From Faecousia sp. (GTDB lineage: Bacteria; Bacillota; Clostridia; Oscillospirales; Oscillospiraceae), in contig JAZOLX010000124.1 in NCBI GenBank assembly GCA_045653485.1, positions 7,301 through 71,300 on the forward strand: a DNA stretch of 64,000 bases. Direction: 5' to 3'. The notes under the pieces were generated by a model. That model saw nothing but the letters and a program-made list of their open reading frames with translations. It did not search any database and was not told the origin of the DNA. The position numbers and the translations under genes are program-made. Positions 1 to 9,783 of this stretch are shown one piece after another (position 1 is the stretch's first letter; every line of letters begins with the position of its first letter).

Positions 1-6
1 TATACC

Positions 7-636
7 TTGATTCACTATGTATTTCGGGGGAAAGGTATCTTCTATGCCCGCGGCGGAGCATATCCCGTCCATGCAGGACAGGCATTCGTTATCCTTCCGG
101 ATGAAATAACTACTTATGTGGCCGATACAGATGACCCATGGTATTATCGTTGGATTGGCTTTGATGGTGCTCTATCTGCTTGGTTTTCCAAACTTCCCCC
201 TGTGTTGACCCTTCCGGAAACCTTTTTCAGCCGGATTATGTATGCGCCGGCGCACCCTGCCACAGCAGAGTATTTGCTGGCTGGCGAACTTTTCTCCCTT
301 TATGCCTATTTGTTTACCGATCAGCAAAGCGGAGGCCGACATGTACATCAAGTGACAAACTACATCCGCTCCAACTATATGTATCCCATTCGCGTAGCAC
401 AAATTGCGGCAGAACTGGGTTTGGACCGCCGGTACCTTTCCCGATTGTTTAAGGAGGAAACTGGGACCTCTATTCAGGAATACCTGATCCGAACGCGGCT
501 GGACGAAGCGGAGCGGCTGCTGTTTCGAGGATGCAGCGTAAAGGAGGCCGCCCATCTGACAGGCTACGAAGATGAATCCAACTTCTCCAAGATGTTTAAA
601 AAATACACCGGAAGAAACCCTTCCTCCATTCGTTAA
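7..636 (+). CDS. AraC-family transcriptional regulator (5' end probably outside window)
   Basis: Cupin-like N-part (IHYVFRGKG...YVADTDDPWYYRWIGF) and C-terminal double HTH (LSRLFKEETG...GYEDESNFSKMFKKYTG). Confidence 0.9.
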   Translation: MIHYVFRGKGIFYARGGAYPVHAGQAFVILPDEITTYVADTDDPWYYRWIGFDGALSAWFSKLPPVLTLPETFFSRIMYAPAHPATAEYLLAGELFSLYAYLFTDQQSGGRHVHQVTNYIRSNYMYPIRVAQIAAELGLDRRYLSRLFKEETGTSIQEYLIRTRLDEAERLLFRGCSVKEAAHLTGYEDESNFSKMFKKYTGRNPSSIR

Positions 637-672
637 CAAATAATCCTATCCACTCAATGTCAGGAGGCTAAC

Positions 673-1509
673 ATGAAATTTCAAATCGACCATGACCTGC
701 ATATCCATTCCTACATCAGTCCCTGTGCAGGCTATGATCCCCGTCAGACCAAAGAAGCGATTCTCGCTTACGGTCTTACCAATCAATACGGCCTTCTGTG
801 CGTAACGGACCACATCTGGGATCGCAGAGTACCATCGCCCGAACCCGTGAATAATTGGTGGCTGAAGCGGGGTCTGGATTGCGAAAAGGCAAAAGAAATT
901 CTCCCGCTCCCCCAAAGTGACAAATGCAACTTTTTGTTTGGCATTGAAGCCGATATAGACTATCTGGGAAATGTAGGGATATCCAAAGAGTCCTACGATA
1001 CATTTGACTTTATTATTTTGTCTCCAAGCCACCTGCATGCGGAAGGCTTTGCGCGTAACGGAGCGGAGGTAGGAACCTCCGCGGCAGAATACAAAGCATT
1101 TTATCAAGCGCGGCTGTTACAGATCTTAAACATGGATCTGCCGTTTCATAAATGCGGCATTGCCCACTTTACTTCCTGTCTGACCTGTGATGAGGGAAAA
1201 GTGGCGGCAATCGACCAATTTACAGTTGAAGAATTCCGCAACATTTTTGGTCTTGCCGCAAAGCGCGGTATCGGTATCGAACTAAACCAGTGGGGATTTC
1301 CTGCAAATTACACACAGCAGGAACAGGAAAGTATCTTAAGGCCATATCGAATCGCTAAGAAGATGGGTTGTAAATTCTATCTAGGCGGCGATGCCCACGT
1401 ACCGGAAGAATTTGCACCGAGAAAGGAAGAATTCCGGCTCTTGATCGATGCTTTGGATCTGACAGAGGAGGATAAATTCCCCTTCGTGAAAGAGCATATG
1501 GCAAAATAG
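673..1509 (+). CDS. PHP-domain metallophosphoesterase (histidinol phosphatase-like)
   Basis: DLHIHS, VTDH, GIEAD, IAH, GGDAH PHP motifs; SD AGGAGG upstream. Confidence 0.8.
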   Translation: MKFQIDHDLHIHSYISPCAGYDPRQTKEAILAYGLTNQYGLLCVTDHIWDRRVPSPEPVNNWWLKRGLDCEKAKEILPLPQSDKCNFLFGIEADIDYLGNVGISKESYDTFDFIILSPSHLHAEGFARNGAEVGTSAAEYKAFYQARLLQILNMDLPFHKCGIAHFTSCLTCDEGKVAAIDQFTVEEFRNIFGLAAKRGIGIELNQWGFPANYTQQEQESILRPYRIAKKMGCKFYLGGDAHVPEEFAPRKEEFRLLIDALDLTEEDKFPFVKEHMAK

Positions 1510-1535
1510 TGACAACCGAAAATTCCCTCTTGCTT

Positions 1536-1659
1536 TGAACAGAACCAGTAAAAACGGACAATAGACAAAATCCCCCCTGATGTAGGATAATAACTGAACT
1601 GCCCCAGTTTGTACGGACAGTACAAACTGGGGCAGTTCAAATGAAAATCAGGGGGATTT
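1536..1659. repeat. Cluster of IS3-like terminal repeats / perfect 20-bp-arm palindrome (IS remnant)
   Basis: TGAACAGAACCAGTAAAAACGGACA (1536-1560); palindrome TGAACTGCCCCAGTTTGTAC-GGACA-GTACAAACTGGGGCAGTTCA (1595-1639) nested in AAATCCCCCCTGAT...ATCAGGGGGATTT. Confidence 0.6.
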
Positions 1660-1739
1660 CCTTCATCAATAACAGTTGAAAACCTGTCAAAACTTGTGTC
1701 TGATATCCTTACTTGCAAGAGCAAGAACGGAGGATGACT

Positions 1740-2801
1740 ATGAAATACAGCCTATCATCAATTATGAAACCCGCTCCGGTAGACGGTGGATTCTCCATGG
1801 ATGGATATTGGGTCTGGTGCGGAAGTGTTATCAAAGGTGAGGACGGCAGATACCACATGTTCGCCTCCAGATGGCCCAAGGCCTATCCGGCGCATCCCGG
1901 TTGGTTAGTGGCCAGTGAAATCGTGCGTGCGGTATCGGACACCCCGGAAGGCCCCTATGAATTTGCAGAAGTAGTACTCGGGCGCAGAGGCGCACAATTC
2001 TGGGACGGTATCGCTGTACATAATCCCTTCATCATGAAAAGCGGGGACACCTATATCCTGTACTACATCGGTACCACTCATCCCTTTACAGAACTGGAAG
2101 ATCCGGCAACCCTGGCTATTGAAGACCCACGTACCATTGTGGCCCGTTCTAATAAGCGCATCGGTATGGCAACTGCCAAATCCGTATTTGGCCCATGGAC
2201 ACGCATGGATCAGCCAGTCGTAACGACCCGCCCTCATGCCTTTGATAATTTTCTGGTTTCCAATCCCGCACCCTGCCAGAATGAGGACGGGGAGGTTTTG
2301 ATGATTTATAAGTCGAGGCGCTATATGGATCCTCCGCACAATGGCAGCACACACGGGGATATGCAGCTGGGTGTGCTGAAAGCGGACCGCTTCGACAGCA
2401 CCTATCGCCGGTTGCGTGATGACCCAATAGAAATCTGCGGCAGCCATGAAGTGGAAGATCCATTCCTGTGGAAAGATGAAGACGGCTACAATATGATTGC
2501 CAAGGATATGACCGGTAACATCTGCGGTGAAAAATATGCCGGAATCCACGCACTGAGTCAGGATGGTGTACACTGGACAGTAGAAAAGGACCAAGTTTTC
2601 TACAGCAGAAAGGTATTGTGGTCCGACGGTGTTGTCCGTGAAGTGGGCAACATGGAACGGCCTTTCATTCTGTTTGAGGATGGAAAACCCATCTGTGCTT
2701 TCTTTGCAACCTCTGATTGCAAGACCGGCCTCGGAATCCTAGATTGCTCAAAGACCTGGAATATGGCTATCCCGCTGGACATTACTTTGGCAGAGGAATG
2801 A
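1740..2801 (+). CDS. Five-bladed beta-propeller glycoside hydrolase (GH43/62/32/68/117/130-like)
   Basis: WVWCGS...YHMFASRWP, HNP, SNPAP, EDPFLW, ERPF blade motifs; no signal peptide. Confidence 0.75.
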   Translation: MKYSLSSIMKPAPVDGGFSMDGYWVWCGSVIKGEDGRYHMFASRWPKAYPAHPGWLVASEIVRAVSDTPEGPYEFAEVVLGRRGAQFWDGIAVHNPFIMKSGDTYILYYIGTTHPFTELEDPATLAIEDPRTIVARSNKRIGMATAKSVFGPWTRMDQPVVTTRPHAFDNFLVSNPAPCQNEDGEVLMIYKSRRYMDPPHNGSTHGDMQLGVLKADRFDSTYRRLRDDPIEICGSHEVEDPFLWKDEDGYNMIAKDMTGNICGEKYAGIHALSQDGVHWTVEKDQVFYSRKVLWSDGVVREVGNMERPFILFEDGKPICAFFATSDCKTGLGILDCSKTWNMAIPLDITLAEE

Positions 2802-2809
2802 ATACACAA

Positions 2810-2839
2810 AAAGGACGAGATCAGGTGATCTCGTCCTTT
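2810..2839. terminator. Bidirectional intrinsic terminator
   Basis: AAAGGACGAGATCA-GG-TGATCTCGTCCTTT between convergent genes. Confidence 0.75.
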
Positions 2840-2850
2840 CCATATTGTTT

Positions 2851-3912
2851 TTAGAACAGAATCTCCCGGCCGGTTTCGGCGGATTCGTAGATGGCGTTGA
2901 GGATCCGGATGATCTGGGTGCCCTGGCTGGCATTGGAAATACACTGGGCATCGCCATGGCAGCAGTCTACAAAATGGCGGATCTCATCTTCAAAGTGCTT
3001 GGACTTCTCATAGATGACCGGCTCGAAATTTGCGAAGTAATTCGATTCATCGATGGTCAGGAATTTCAGCTTGTCACCCTCACAGGAAACACCGCCCTTG
3101 TCACCCAGAAGCTCAAAACGGGTGCCGGGGTTTGGTGTGTTGGCAATGTGAGCAGCCTTAATAACAAGGTTTTTTTCGTCCTCAAAGGTGATGTAGCCTG
3201 TAGCAAAGCTCTCAATGGTTCTGGGGATGGGTTTGTTATCTGCCGACGCATATCCTGATGCATATCCGCGCAGCCGTTCCGGCAGATCTTTGTTCACATC
3301 ACTGGTAAAACCTTTGACACTCTTGACCTTGGGATAACCCATAAACCACAGCAGCAGGTCCAACTGGTGGATCGCCGCATCCATCAGCATACCGCCGCCG
3401 GACTTGGTCTTATCACGGAACCAACCGCCAATATCGGCGCTGTTGGCCATCCGGGATGTTTCAGCATAGTAGATCTCACCCAAGCGGCCCGCATCAATGT
3501 ATTCCTTAATAAAGCGGCTGTTTGGCATAAACCGGACAACAAAGCCGTACATCAGCACCTTGCCGGATTTCTTGGCAGTTTCCTCATTCTGGAGGGCTTC
3601 CTCATAGGTCAGTGCCGGAGGTTTTTCACACAGAACATGTTTTCCGGCAGCCAGTGCCTCACACACGATCTTTCCATGGGTGAAGGTAGGGGTGACAATG
3701 CTGACAGCTTCAATGGTCGGATCATTCAGCACTTCGTGATAATCGGCACAGGCCTTTTCAGCGCCAAATTCCTTCGCAAGTTCCCAAGCACGCTCTTCGT
3801 TCAAATCACAGACCGCTGCCAAGGTAACATTGGGCAGTGCTTTGTAGCCATGTAAGTGGGACTTGGAAATGGTTCCCGCGCCAATGACAGCAACTTTTAA
3901 TGTTTTGCTCAT
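2851..3912 (-). CDS. Gfo/Idh/MocA NAD(P)-dependent oxidoreductase
   Basis: VAVIGAGTIS, HVLCEKP, GGGMLMDAAIH motifs. Confidence 0.9.
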   Translation of the reverse strand: MSKTLKVAVIGAGTISKSHLHGYKALPNVTLAAVCDLNEERAWELAKEFGAEKACADYHEVLNDPTIEAVSIVTPTFTHGKIVCEALAAGKHVLCEKPPALTYEEALQNEETAKKSGKVLMYGFVVRFMPNSRFIKEYIDAGRLGEIYYAETSRMANSADIGGWFRDKTKSGGGMLMDAAIHQLDLLLWFMGYPKVKSVKGFTSDVNKDLPERLRGYASGYASADNKPIPRTIESFATGYITFEDEKNLVIKAAHIANTPNPGTRFELLGDKGGVSCEGDKLKFLTIDESNYFANFEPVIYEKSKHFEDEIRHFVDCCHGDAQCISNASQGTQIIRILNAIYESAETGREILF

Positions 3913-4772
3913 GCATTTTCCTCCGAATGGCTCTCCCGGTACCATTCTTCGTATACTTCCACGTCCTCAGCAAGCTCGTTCTTGTCACGCTGGAATACGC
4001 CAAAAGCGGCAATGTCATTGGGCTTCAGGGCAGTGAAGATGGTGTTGTAGGCATCCTTGATATTCGCACGGATCTCCTCCGGGGTACGATTCAGGAACAT
4101 CTGGCCGCCGGCAAAAATCTTAAAGGCAATGATAGGCTTGTCACAGTTCTTCAGGGTGTCCAGCATGACCTGGCGGTCATCGGGCCGGAATTGCAGGCTT
4201 GCCTTACTCTTACCGGTAATGAAGCCGCTTTCTACACCTTCCCGGTTTCTACGGGCATTGTACATGCAGGCCATGTAAAAGTCTGCACCCCAGCCTTCCT
4301 TCTCAGATGTTTCAATTACATCCGGACGGTGTGTTCCCACACCCACCGGAATTCCCATGGTTTTATAACGGGCAATCCGATCAATGATTTCCTGAGTCTG
4401 GCCGGTTTCAAACCGATGATCTGTCGTTGTTCCCTGATGGTAAACACCGATAGTGTTCTGAAGGCTTGTCATATTGCGCATATCAACAGCTTCCATCAGA
4501 GGCATGTACGGCTGGAAAATCCACTGCATCTTGCCGCCGGCACGTTCATATTCCTTAATCAGGCGAATCATAAACGGGTCAGACAGAGGCAGCATGGTAT
4601 TGATGCCGGTTTCCTCGATTTCAAACATTGTGTCAATGATCTTGCTGGCAGTATAAAATTCCAGCATTTCCGAACCCGGAGTTTTGTCTACAATATAGGA
4701 ATGTCCGCTCATTGGGTTGTCGCCAACAATCAGCTTAGATACTTCTTTTCCGAAAAATTGTACTTTATTCAT
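3909..4772 (-). CDS. Conserved hypothetical protein, aldo/keto-reductase-like barrel
   Basis: N-terminal VSKLIVGDNP and C-terminal KPIIAFKIFAGG resemble AKR-like proteins; SD AGGAGG; ATGA overlap with downstream gene. Confidence 0.55.
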   Translation of the reverse strand: MNKVQFFGKEVSKLIVGDNPMSGHSYIVDKTPGSEMLEFYTASKIIDTMFEIEETGINTMLPLSDPFMIRLIKEYERAGGKMQWIFQPYMPLMEAVDMRNMTSLQNTIGVYHQGTTTDHRFETGQTQEIIDRIARYKTMGIPVGVGTHRPDVIETSEKEGWGADFYMACMYNARRNREGVESGFITGKSKASLQFRPDDRQVMLDTLKNCDKPIIAFKIFAGGQMFLNRTPEEIRANIKDAYNTIFTALKPNDIAAFGVFQRDKNELAEDVEVYEEWYRESHSEENA

Positions 4773-4934
4773 TAATTGTTCCTCCTTTAGGATTCTTAAG
4801 TTAATTATATCGAACAGCATGGGCCAAAACAAGAAAGTACTTCTTCAAAACCGGAAAGTTTTTTCAAAAAGTTCCAATTGTGTATGTCCCATTTACTTTG
4901 AATAGTCGCTTGTTTCCATACGCAAAGGCCACAA

Positions 4935-4980
4935 AAAAGTCCCTGCAAAGCGGTACATATACCGGTTTGCAGGGACTTTT
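4935..4980 (-). terminator. Intrinsic terminator
   Basis: AAAAGTCCCTGCAAA...TTTGCAGGGACTTTT inverted repeat just after the AraC stop. Confidence 0.7.
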
Positions 4981-4988
4981 GATTGAGA

Positions 4989-5798
4989 TCAAAAATTAGA
5001 TTTACGGAACCGACTGGGAGCCTGCCCCGTAACACGCCGGAAAGCATTGTTAAAAGTTCGAACATTTTCATACCCACATTGAAGCGCAATATCCGTAACC
5101 GTCTGGTGGGTGGAACAGAGCAGATCAGCAGCCTTTTTCACCCGGAAATTATCCAGATAGGCTTTAAAGTTGACCCCGGCAAAGGTGACGAAAAGGGTGG
5201 ATACGTAGGAAGGTGTATAGTTAATAATCTCCGCCACATCCGCCAATGTGATGTGCTCAGCATAATGGTTTGTAATAAACTCCAGTACCGTCTGAAACTG
5301 CTGAACCCGTGCCAGCGTTTTCTCATCTCTTGGAGAATCGTCCTCAAAGTGCCGCGCCAAAATACTGTATAGCCTTAGGATATCGGCGCGCATCAGTGCT
5401 TCATAAAGCGGTTTCTCCTCTTCCTTCTCCCGGTACATCTCACGAAATAAACGTGTTATCTCACCATCCAGCCCAGCTTTTTGCTGATCCTGAGCAGATA
5501 TAAAATGTCTTGGGAAGCAGAACTCCGGGAGAATACGGTAAAACATCCCCGGATCAAAAGTAAATACATAGAGCAAGTGCTTGATTTCACTCCAAATGGC
5601 ATGGATCTCGCCACTTTGAATAAATGCCACATCCCCCGGGCGGCAAAGTCTTTGCTGCTTGCCGACCTTGATCCAGCATTCACCCTCTATTACACAAACA
5701 AATTCCGCCCGTTGATGCCAATGGTCAAGACCCGTAGGAGAAACCGTCATCTTTTTTGCCGTCAGTGTGTAGTCTATCTTCTCATGTTTGATCAGCAT
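4989..5798 (-). CDS. AraC-family regulator with cupin sensor domain
   Basis: HWHQRAEF cupin motif; C-terminal IALQCGYENVRTFNNAFRRVTG. Confidence 0.9.
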   Translation of the reverse strand: MLIKHEKIDYTLTAKKMTVSPTGLDHWHQRAEFVCVIEGECWIKVGKQQRLCRPGDVAFIQSGEIHAIWSEIKHLLYVFTFDPGMFYRILPEFCFPRHFISAQDQQKAGLDGEITRLFREMYREKEEEKPLYEALMRADILRLYSILARHFEDDSPRDEKTLARVQQFQTVLEFITNHYAEHITLADVAEIINYTPSYVSTLFVTFAGVNFKAYLDNFRVKKAADLLCSTHQTVTDIALQCGYENVRTFNNAFRRVTGQAPSRFRKSNF

Positions 5799-6037
5799 AG
5801 CGCACCTCCATCACAGCATTGTATTATGTGTTATATTACCATAAAAACCTCTTCTTTGCAACACAGCAAGTCGTCCCATCTTCATTTTTGCTGCCATATC
5901 AGCAGATATGTCCCATAAACATAAAATTTTGTCCATCCGAATCATTCCCTTTCTCCGGGTAATTTGTTATAATAATATTCAATAAAGATGATTGCTGTCT
6001 ACTTGGGAAAGCAGCCGCAAACACAGGAGGTATCCCT

Positions 6038-7429
6038 ATGCAAGGACAAAATACTTGGAGCTATCGGCCCTATCGTCCGCTGCTTACCGATGTCGGCGAT
6101 ATCTATATCTGCCGTGTGGCGCCCTCTTTGAAGGCCATTCATTTTGAGTGGCTGAGTGTCGGTGCCGAATGCTACGACGTTTTCTTCCGCGTCCGCGATA
6201 AGGGAGATTTTATCCACTGCGGCAGCACCACCGCAACGGAATATGATATCACCGGCTTGGAACCCGAAACGGATTATGAATTCTATGTCGCCGCAGGCAG
6301 CATGACCAGCCGGATCCGTTTGGCCCGCTGTGCCAAAGCAATCGGTACCGTTGTCAATTACCTGCATCCAGATGATATGGCCTATGCTTTCTCCGGGCGC
6401 AGCATCTGTTCTCCTACCCTGCTTCGCCATCCGGATGGCTACCTTCTATCGACCATGGATGTATTTGGACACAGTATGCCCCAGAACCTGACATTGATTT
6501 TCCGCTCTGATGACGAGGGCGAAACATGGCACTATGTCAGCGAGTTGATGCCCTGTTTCTGGGGAAAGCTGTTCATCCACAAAAACGAGCTGTACATGAT
6601 GGGCTGCTCCACAGAATACGGCGATCTGTTGATTGGTAAATCCACCGACGGTGGTAAGACCTTCGGTGCTCCGGTGGCACTGCTGCGGGGTTCTAACGGC
6701 AAGAACGGAAACTGCGGTGTCCACAAAAATCCCCAGAACAGCATGTACTACAAGGGCAGACTCTATGAGACATTGGAGTGGGGTTCTTGGCTCAATACGG
6801 AATATTACCATGCCGTGATGGTCATGTCCTGCGATGAGAATGCGGACCTTTTGGATCCCGCCAGCTGGCATTTTACCGAGCCGGTAAAATATGACCCCAA
6901 TTGGGAAGGCGTAGCCAAGGGCGAAGCCAAAGGCAACATCGAAGGTACTCTGTGTGTTGCCCCAGACGGCCAGCTCTATAACGTCATGCGCTATAATATC
7001 ACCGACGGTGATCCCCCTTACGGTCTGGTCCTGCGCTACCGGGTCAACACAGAAGACCCCGACGCACCCTTGGAATATACTGATGCCATCAAGCTGCCCG
7101 GCAACAACGCCAAATTCATCATCCGCTTTGACCCGGTGTCCGGGAAATACTATACCATCATTTGTCGGATCTTCGATGCTGAAAAGATCTTCGCTCGGAA
7201 TTTACTGTCGTTGATGGTATCTGAAGATTTGGAGCATTGGGAATTGGTACAGGACTTGATTGATGCCCGGGATGAGGATCACCAACTGGTTGGTTTCCAG
7301 TATGTGTTTTGGTTGATAGAGGGGGATGATATCATCTTCCTGTCACGCACTGCCATGAACAACGCCTGCAATTACCACGATACCAACTACCAAACCTTCC
7401 ACCGGATCCAAAACTTCCGCAACCTGTAA
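6038..7429 (+). CDS. BNR/Asp-box beta-propeller (sialidase-like) protein with N-terminal FN3 domain
   Basis: FN3 signature ITGLEPETDYEFYVAA; Asp-boxes SDDEGETW, STDGGKTF, SEDLEHW. Confidence 0.75.
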   Translation: MQGQNTWSYRPYRPLLTDVGDIYICRVAPSLKAIHFEWLSVGAECYDVFFRVRDKGDFIHCGSTTATEYDITGLEPETDYEFYVAAGSMTSRIRLARCAKAIGTVVNYLHPDDMAYAFSGRSICSPTLLRHPDGYLLSTMDVFGHSMPQNLTLIFRSDDEGETWHYVSELMPCFWGKLFIHKNELYMMGCSTEYGDLLIGKSTDGGKTFGAPVALLRGSNGKNGNCGVHKNPQNSMYYKGRLYETLEWGSWLNTEYYHAVMVMSCDENADLLDPASWHFTEPVKYDPNWEGVAKGEAKGNIEGTLCVAPDGQLYNVMRYNITDGDPPYGLVLRYRVNTEDPDAPLEYTDAIKLPGNNAKFIIRFDPVSGKYYTIICRIFDAEKIFARNLLSLMVSEDLEHWELVQDLIDARDEDHQLVGFQYVFWLIEGDDIIFLSRTAMNNACNYHDTNYQTFHRIQNFRNL

Positions 7430-7435
7430 ATGCTT

Positions 7436-7462
7436 TAACCCCCGGGGATTCCCCGGGGGTTA
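7436..7462 (+). terminator. GC-rich hairpin / terminator
   Basis: TAACCCCCGGGG-ATT-CCCCGGGGGTTA just after the stop codon. Confidence 0.6.
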
Positions 7463-7639
7463 TCGTTATGAATTGCTTTGCAGCGCATGGGCCGCTTCTT
7501 CCCAGCGCAGTTTTTTGACCGTTGGCAGCAGTCCACAGCTCTGCACCAAAAACGCCTATCATTTCCAACGCAATGCCCGATACCATGGAAAACGCCATAG
7601 CAGAGCCGATGTAGCTGGCAGCAATAGCAAGTTAAGAAA

Positions 7640-8881
7640 TCAGTCACATTTCGAAACTTTTTCTGTCAGCGCCTTCTGGATAGCTTCAATTCGCTCACTT
7701 AGGGGCGGATGGCTGTATTCCAACACTACCAGCAGTTTCGCCGGTGCCAGATGGACAAAGTTCTCCTTTGCCAGGATCTTCAGACCCTTGACCAAGGCTT
7801 TTCCATAGCCTTCCGTAACTGCCTGCTTATCTGCCCGGTATTCAGCAAAACGGCTGTAAGCACTCATAGCCATATCGGTTAAAGGCTGCACCAAGCCAAG
7901 ACCCGCACCCAGCAGGATGTAGGCAAAGCCATAGTTCACCTGTGTAAAACCGAAAGCCTCATGGAGCATCGGCTCCCGGACAGCCAGCCACACCACCACC
8001 GCCATCAGCAAGAGATTTCCGAAATTCATGATCTGCTGCTTCAGCACATCCTTGTGCAATCCGTGGCCCAGCTCATGGGCAAATACCGCGCAAATCTCAT
8101 CAGTGGACATGGCATTGACCAGATTATCATACAGTACAATTGTCTTCATTTTACCGAAACCGGTGAAATAGGCATTAAGCTTTGTGGTACGACGAGAGGC
8201 ATCCATCACCTCAATAGCCTTGACCTGATAACCGTGCTTATTCAGCAACGCCATCAGTTTGTCCCGTAGTTCCCCCTCTTCCAGAGGGACAAACTTGTTG
8301 CCGATCCGGCTGAAAATGGGATACAGAAAGGAGATCAGCAAGGTAATGCAGAACACCACACCTGCAAACAACAGGATCATCCAATCACCCAGACCCCGAT
8401 GCAATCCGGAAAGGATCCACATCAGGCCCACGCTCAGCAGAAGTTCCAGCAGCAGATTACGAAGCTGGTCGGTCACAAAGGTCTTCATGGTAGAGCGGTT
8501 AAAGCCGTACTTTTCTTCGATGATCATGGTGGATACATAGTTCAGCCCTGCATTGACCACCGCTTCCACAACGGCATGGAGCAGCAGCACTGCCAGCAGC
8601 TGCATAAACACGCCACTGGGAAACAGCGCGGCCACCGCCGCGTAAACATTGGTGCAAAGCAGCGCCATCATCATAACCCACGAGATGCCAGTGGACACCA
8701 GACCCAACCGACCTTTTTCGGCACTGTATTGCTTCCACTTTTCATAGGTTTCGGCATCATAGACATCCGACACATTGGTAGGGGTGGGATTATTTGCTGA
8801 TCGGTTTTGCACAATGTGCAGCAGCAGTTGGTAGATATGCTGTACGGTTATCAAGGCCAGAATCAGCCATCTCCAGTTCAT
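7640..8881 (-). CDS. M48A (Ste24-like) membrane zinc metallopeptidase
   Basis: HELGH zinc motif, NAYFTGFG, EYRAD, YSHPPLSERI; multiple TM helices. Confidence 0.92.
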   Translation of the reverse strand: MNWRWLILALITVQHIYQLLLHIVQNRSANNPTPTNVSDVYDAETYEKWKQYSAEKGRLGLVSTGISWVMMMALLCTNVYAAVAALFPSGVFMQLLAVLLLHAVVEAVVNAGLNYVSTMIIEEKYGFNRSTMKTFVTDQLRNLLLELLLSVGLMWILSGLHRGLGDWMILLFAGVVFCITLLISFLYPIFSRIGNKFVPLEEGELRDKLMALLNKHGYQVKAIEVMDASRRTTKLNAYFTGFGKMKTIVLYDNLVNAMSTDEICAVFAHELGHGLHKDVLKQQIMNFGNLLLMAVVVWLAVREPMLHEAFGFTQVNYGFAYILLGAGLGLVQPLTDMAMSAYSRFAEYRADKQAVTEGYGKALVKGLKILAKENFVHLAPAKLLVVLEYSHPPLSERIEAIQKALTEKVSKCD

Positions 8882-8892
8882 ATGTATTCCTC

Positions 8893-9738
8893 CTAGAATT
8901 TCTTTTGGATCACTGCTGTTCCTTTTTCCAGCAGTTCATCCGTTCTTTCCCCTAATACCTGTCGAAGCAGGGAAAATTCCGTCTCAATTCCGTGGGGTAC
9001 TGCCCAAGCACCGGCGTCGGTACCCGGTGCAATCAGGCCGCCCATTTGGGCAAAACGGGATACATTTTGGAGGGCGCTTTCCAGAATTCTCTCCACATCC
9101 GCTTCCGAAAATCTTCCCGTACCACGAAGGTTTCCAATGGTGCTAAGGGTCGGCACCCACACCGTTCCCGCTTCTGCCATGGCACAAAGGGTTTCTTCCG
9201 TCAGATAAGCGCCATGCTCGACAGAGTCTACACCGGCCCGGGCCGCAGCCAGAACATTTTTTTCACCGTTGCCGTGAACGGATACCGCCATACCCTCGTC
9301 CTTGGCAATATGGATCAGTTCTTCGATCTCGCCGGATTCCAGACCGTCCTCGGTCAACACGCCAAAGTGATTAAAGTCCATCAGACCGGAGATCATGATT
9401 TTGATAAAGTCGGCCCCTTCTTCTTTGTTCTGCCGAACCAATGCGGCAAATTCTTTCATGGTTTCAAATGGTTTGCCGATGATCCCGCCGTAGTGGTCCT
9501 TTTTATACAAAGATGCCAATGGTGTACGGTAAGTAATACCGTAGTCCTTTGCCATTTCTCTTGCGGTTTTTCCCACACCCCAGCGGTCACCGCAATCTCT
9601 TAAATAAGTAAATCCCGCATCCCGGTAGGTCTCCAAAACCGCCCGGATCCATGGAATATCCACACTCTCACTGTGCCGGGCAAGGGCATTTTTCCAGTAC
9701 TGCCCGTCCAGCACCATATGGATATGACAATCGACCAT
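8893..9738 (-). CDS. Amidohydrolase-superfamily protein (prolidase-like, short form)
   Basis: DCHIH, ADFIKIM, SVH, VEHG, GTDAG metal-binding motifs. Confidence 0.8.
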   Translation of the reverse strand: MVDCHIHMVLDGQYWKNALARHSESVDIPWIRAVLETYRDAGFTYLRDCGDRWGVGKTAREMAKDYGITYRTPLASLYKKDHYGGIIGKPFETMKEFAALVRQNKEEGADFIKIMISGLMDFNHFGVLTEDGLESGEIEELIHIAKDEGMAVSVHGNGEKNVLAAARAGVDSVEHGAYLTEETLCAMAEAGTVWVPTLSTIGNLRGTGRFSEADVERILESALQNVSRFAQMGGLIAPGTDAGAWAVPHGIETEFSLLRQVLGERTDELLEKGTAVIQKKF

Positions 9739-9783
9739 ATTTTTCTCCTTAAAAGCACAGGGGCAGCAACGCTGCCCCTGATC

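Noticed and set aside
1536-1660. CRISPR mini-array or invertible promoter
   Set aside because: Only two diverged units, no spacer series or cas genes; the inverted arms enclose 5 nt and no recombinase is nearby.
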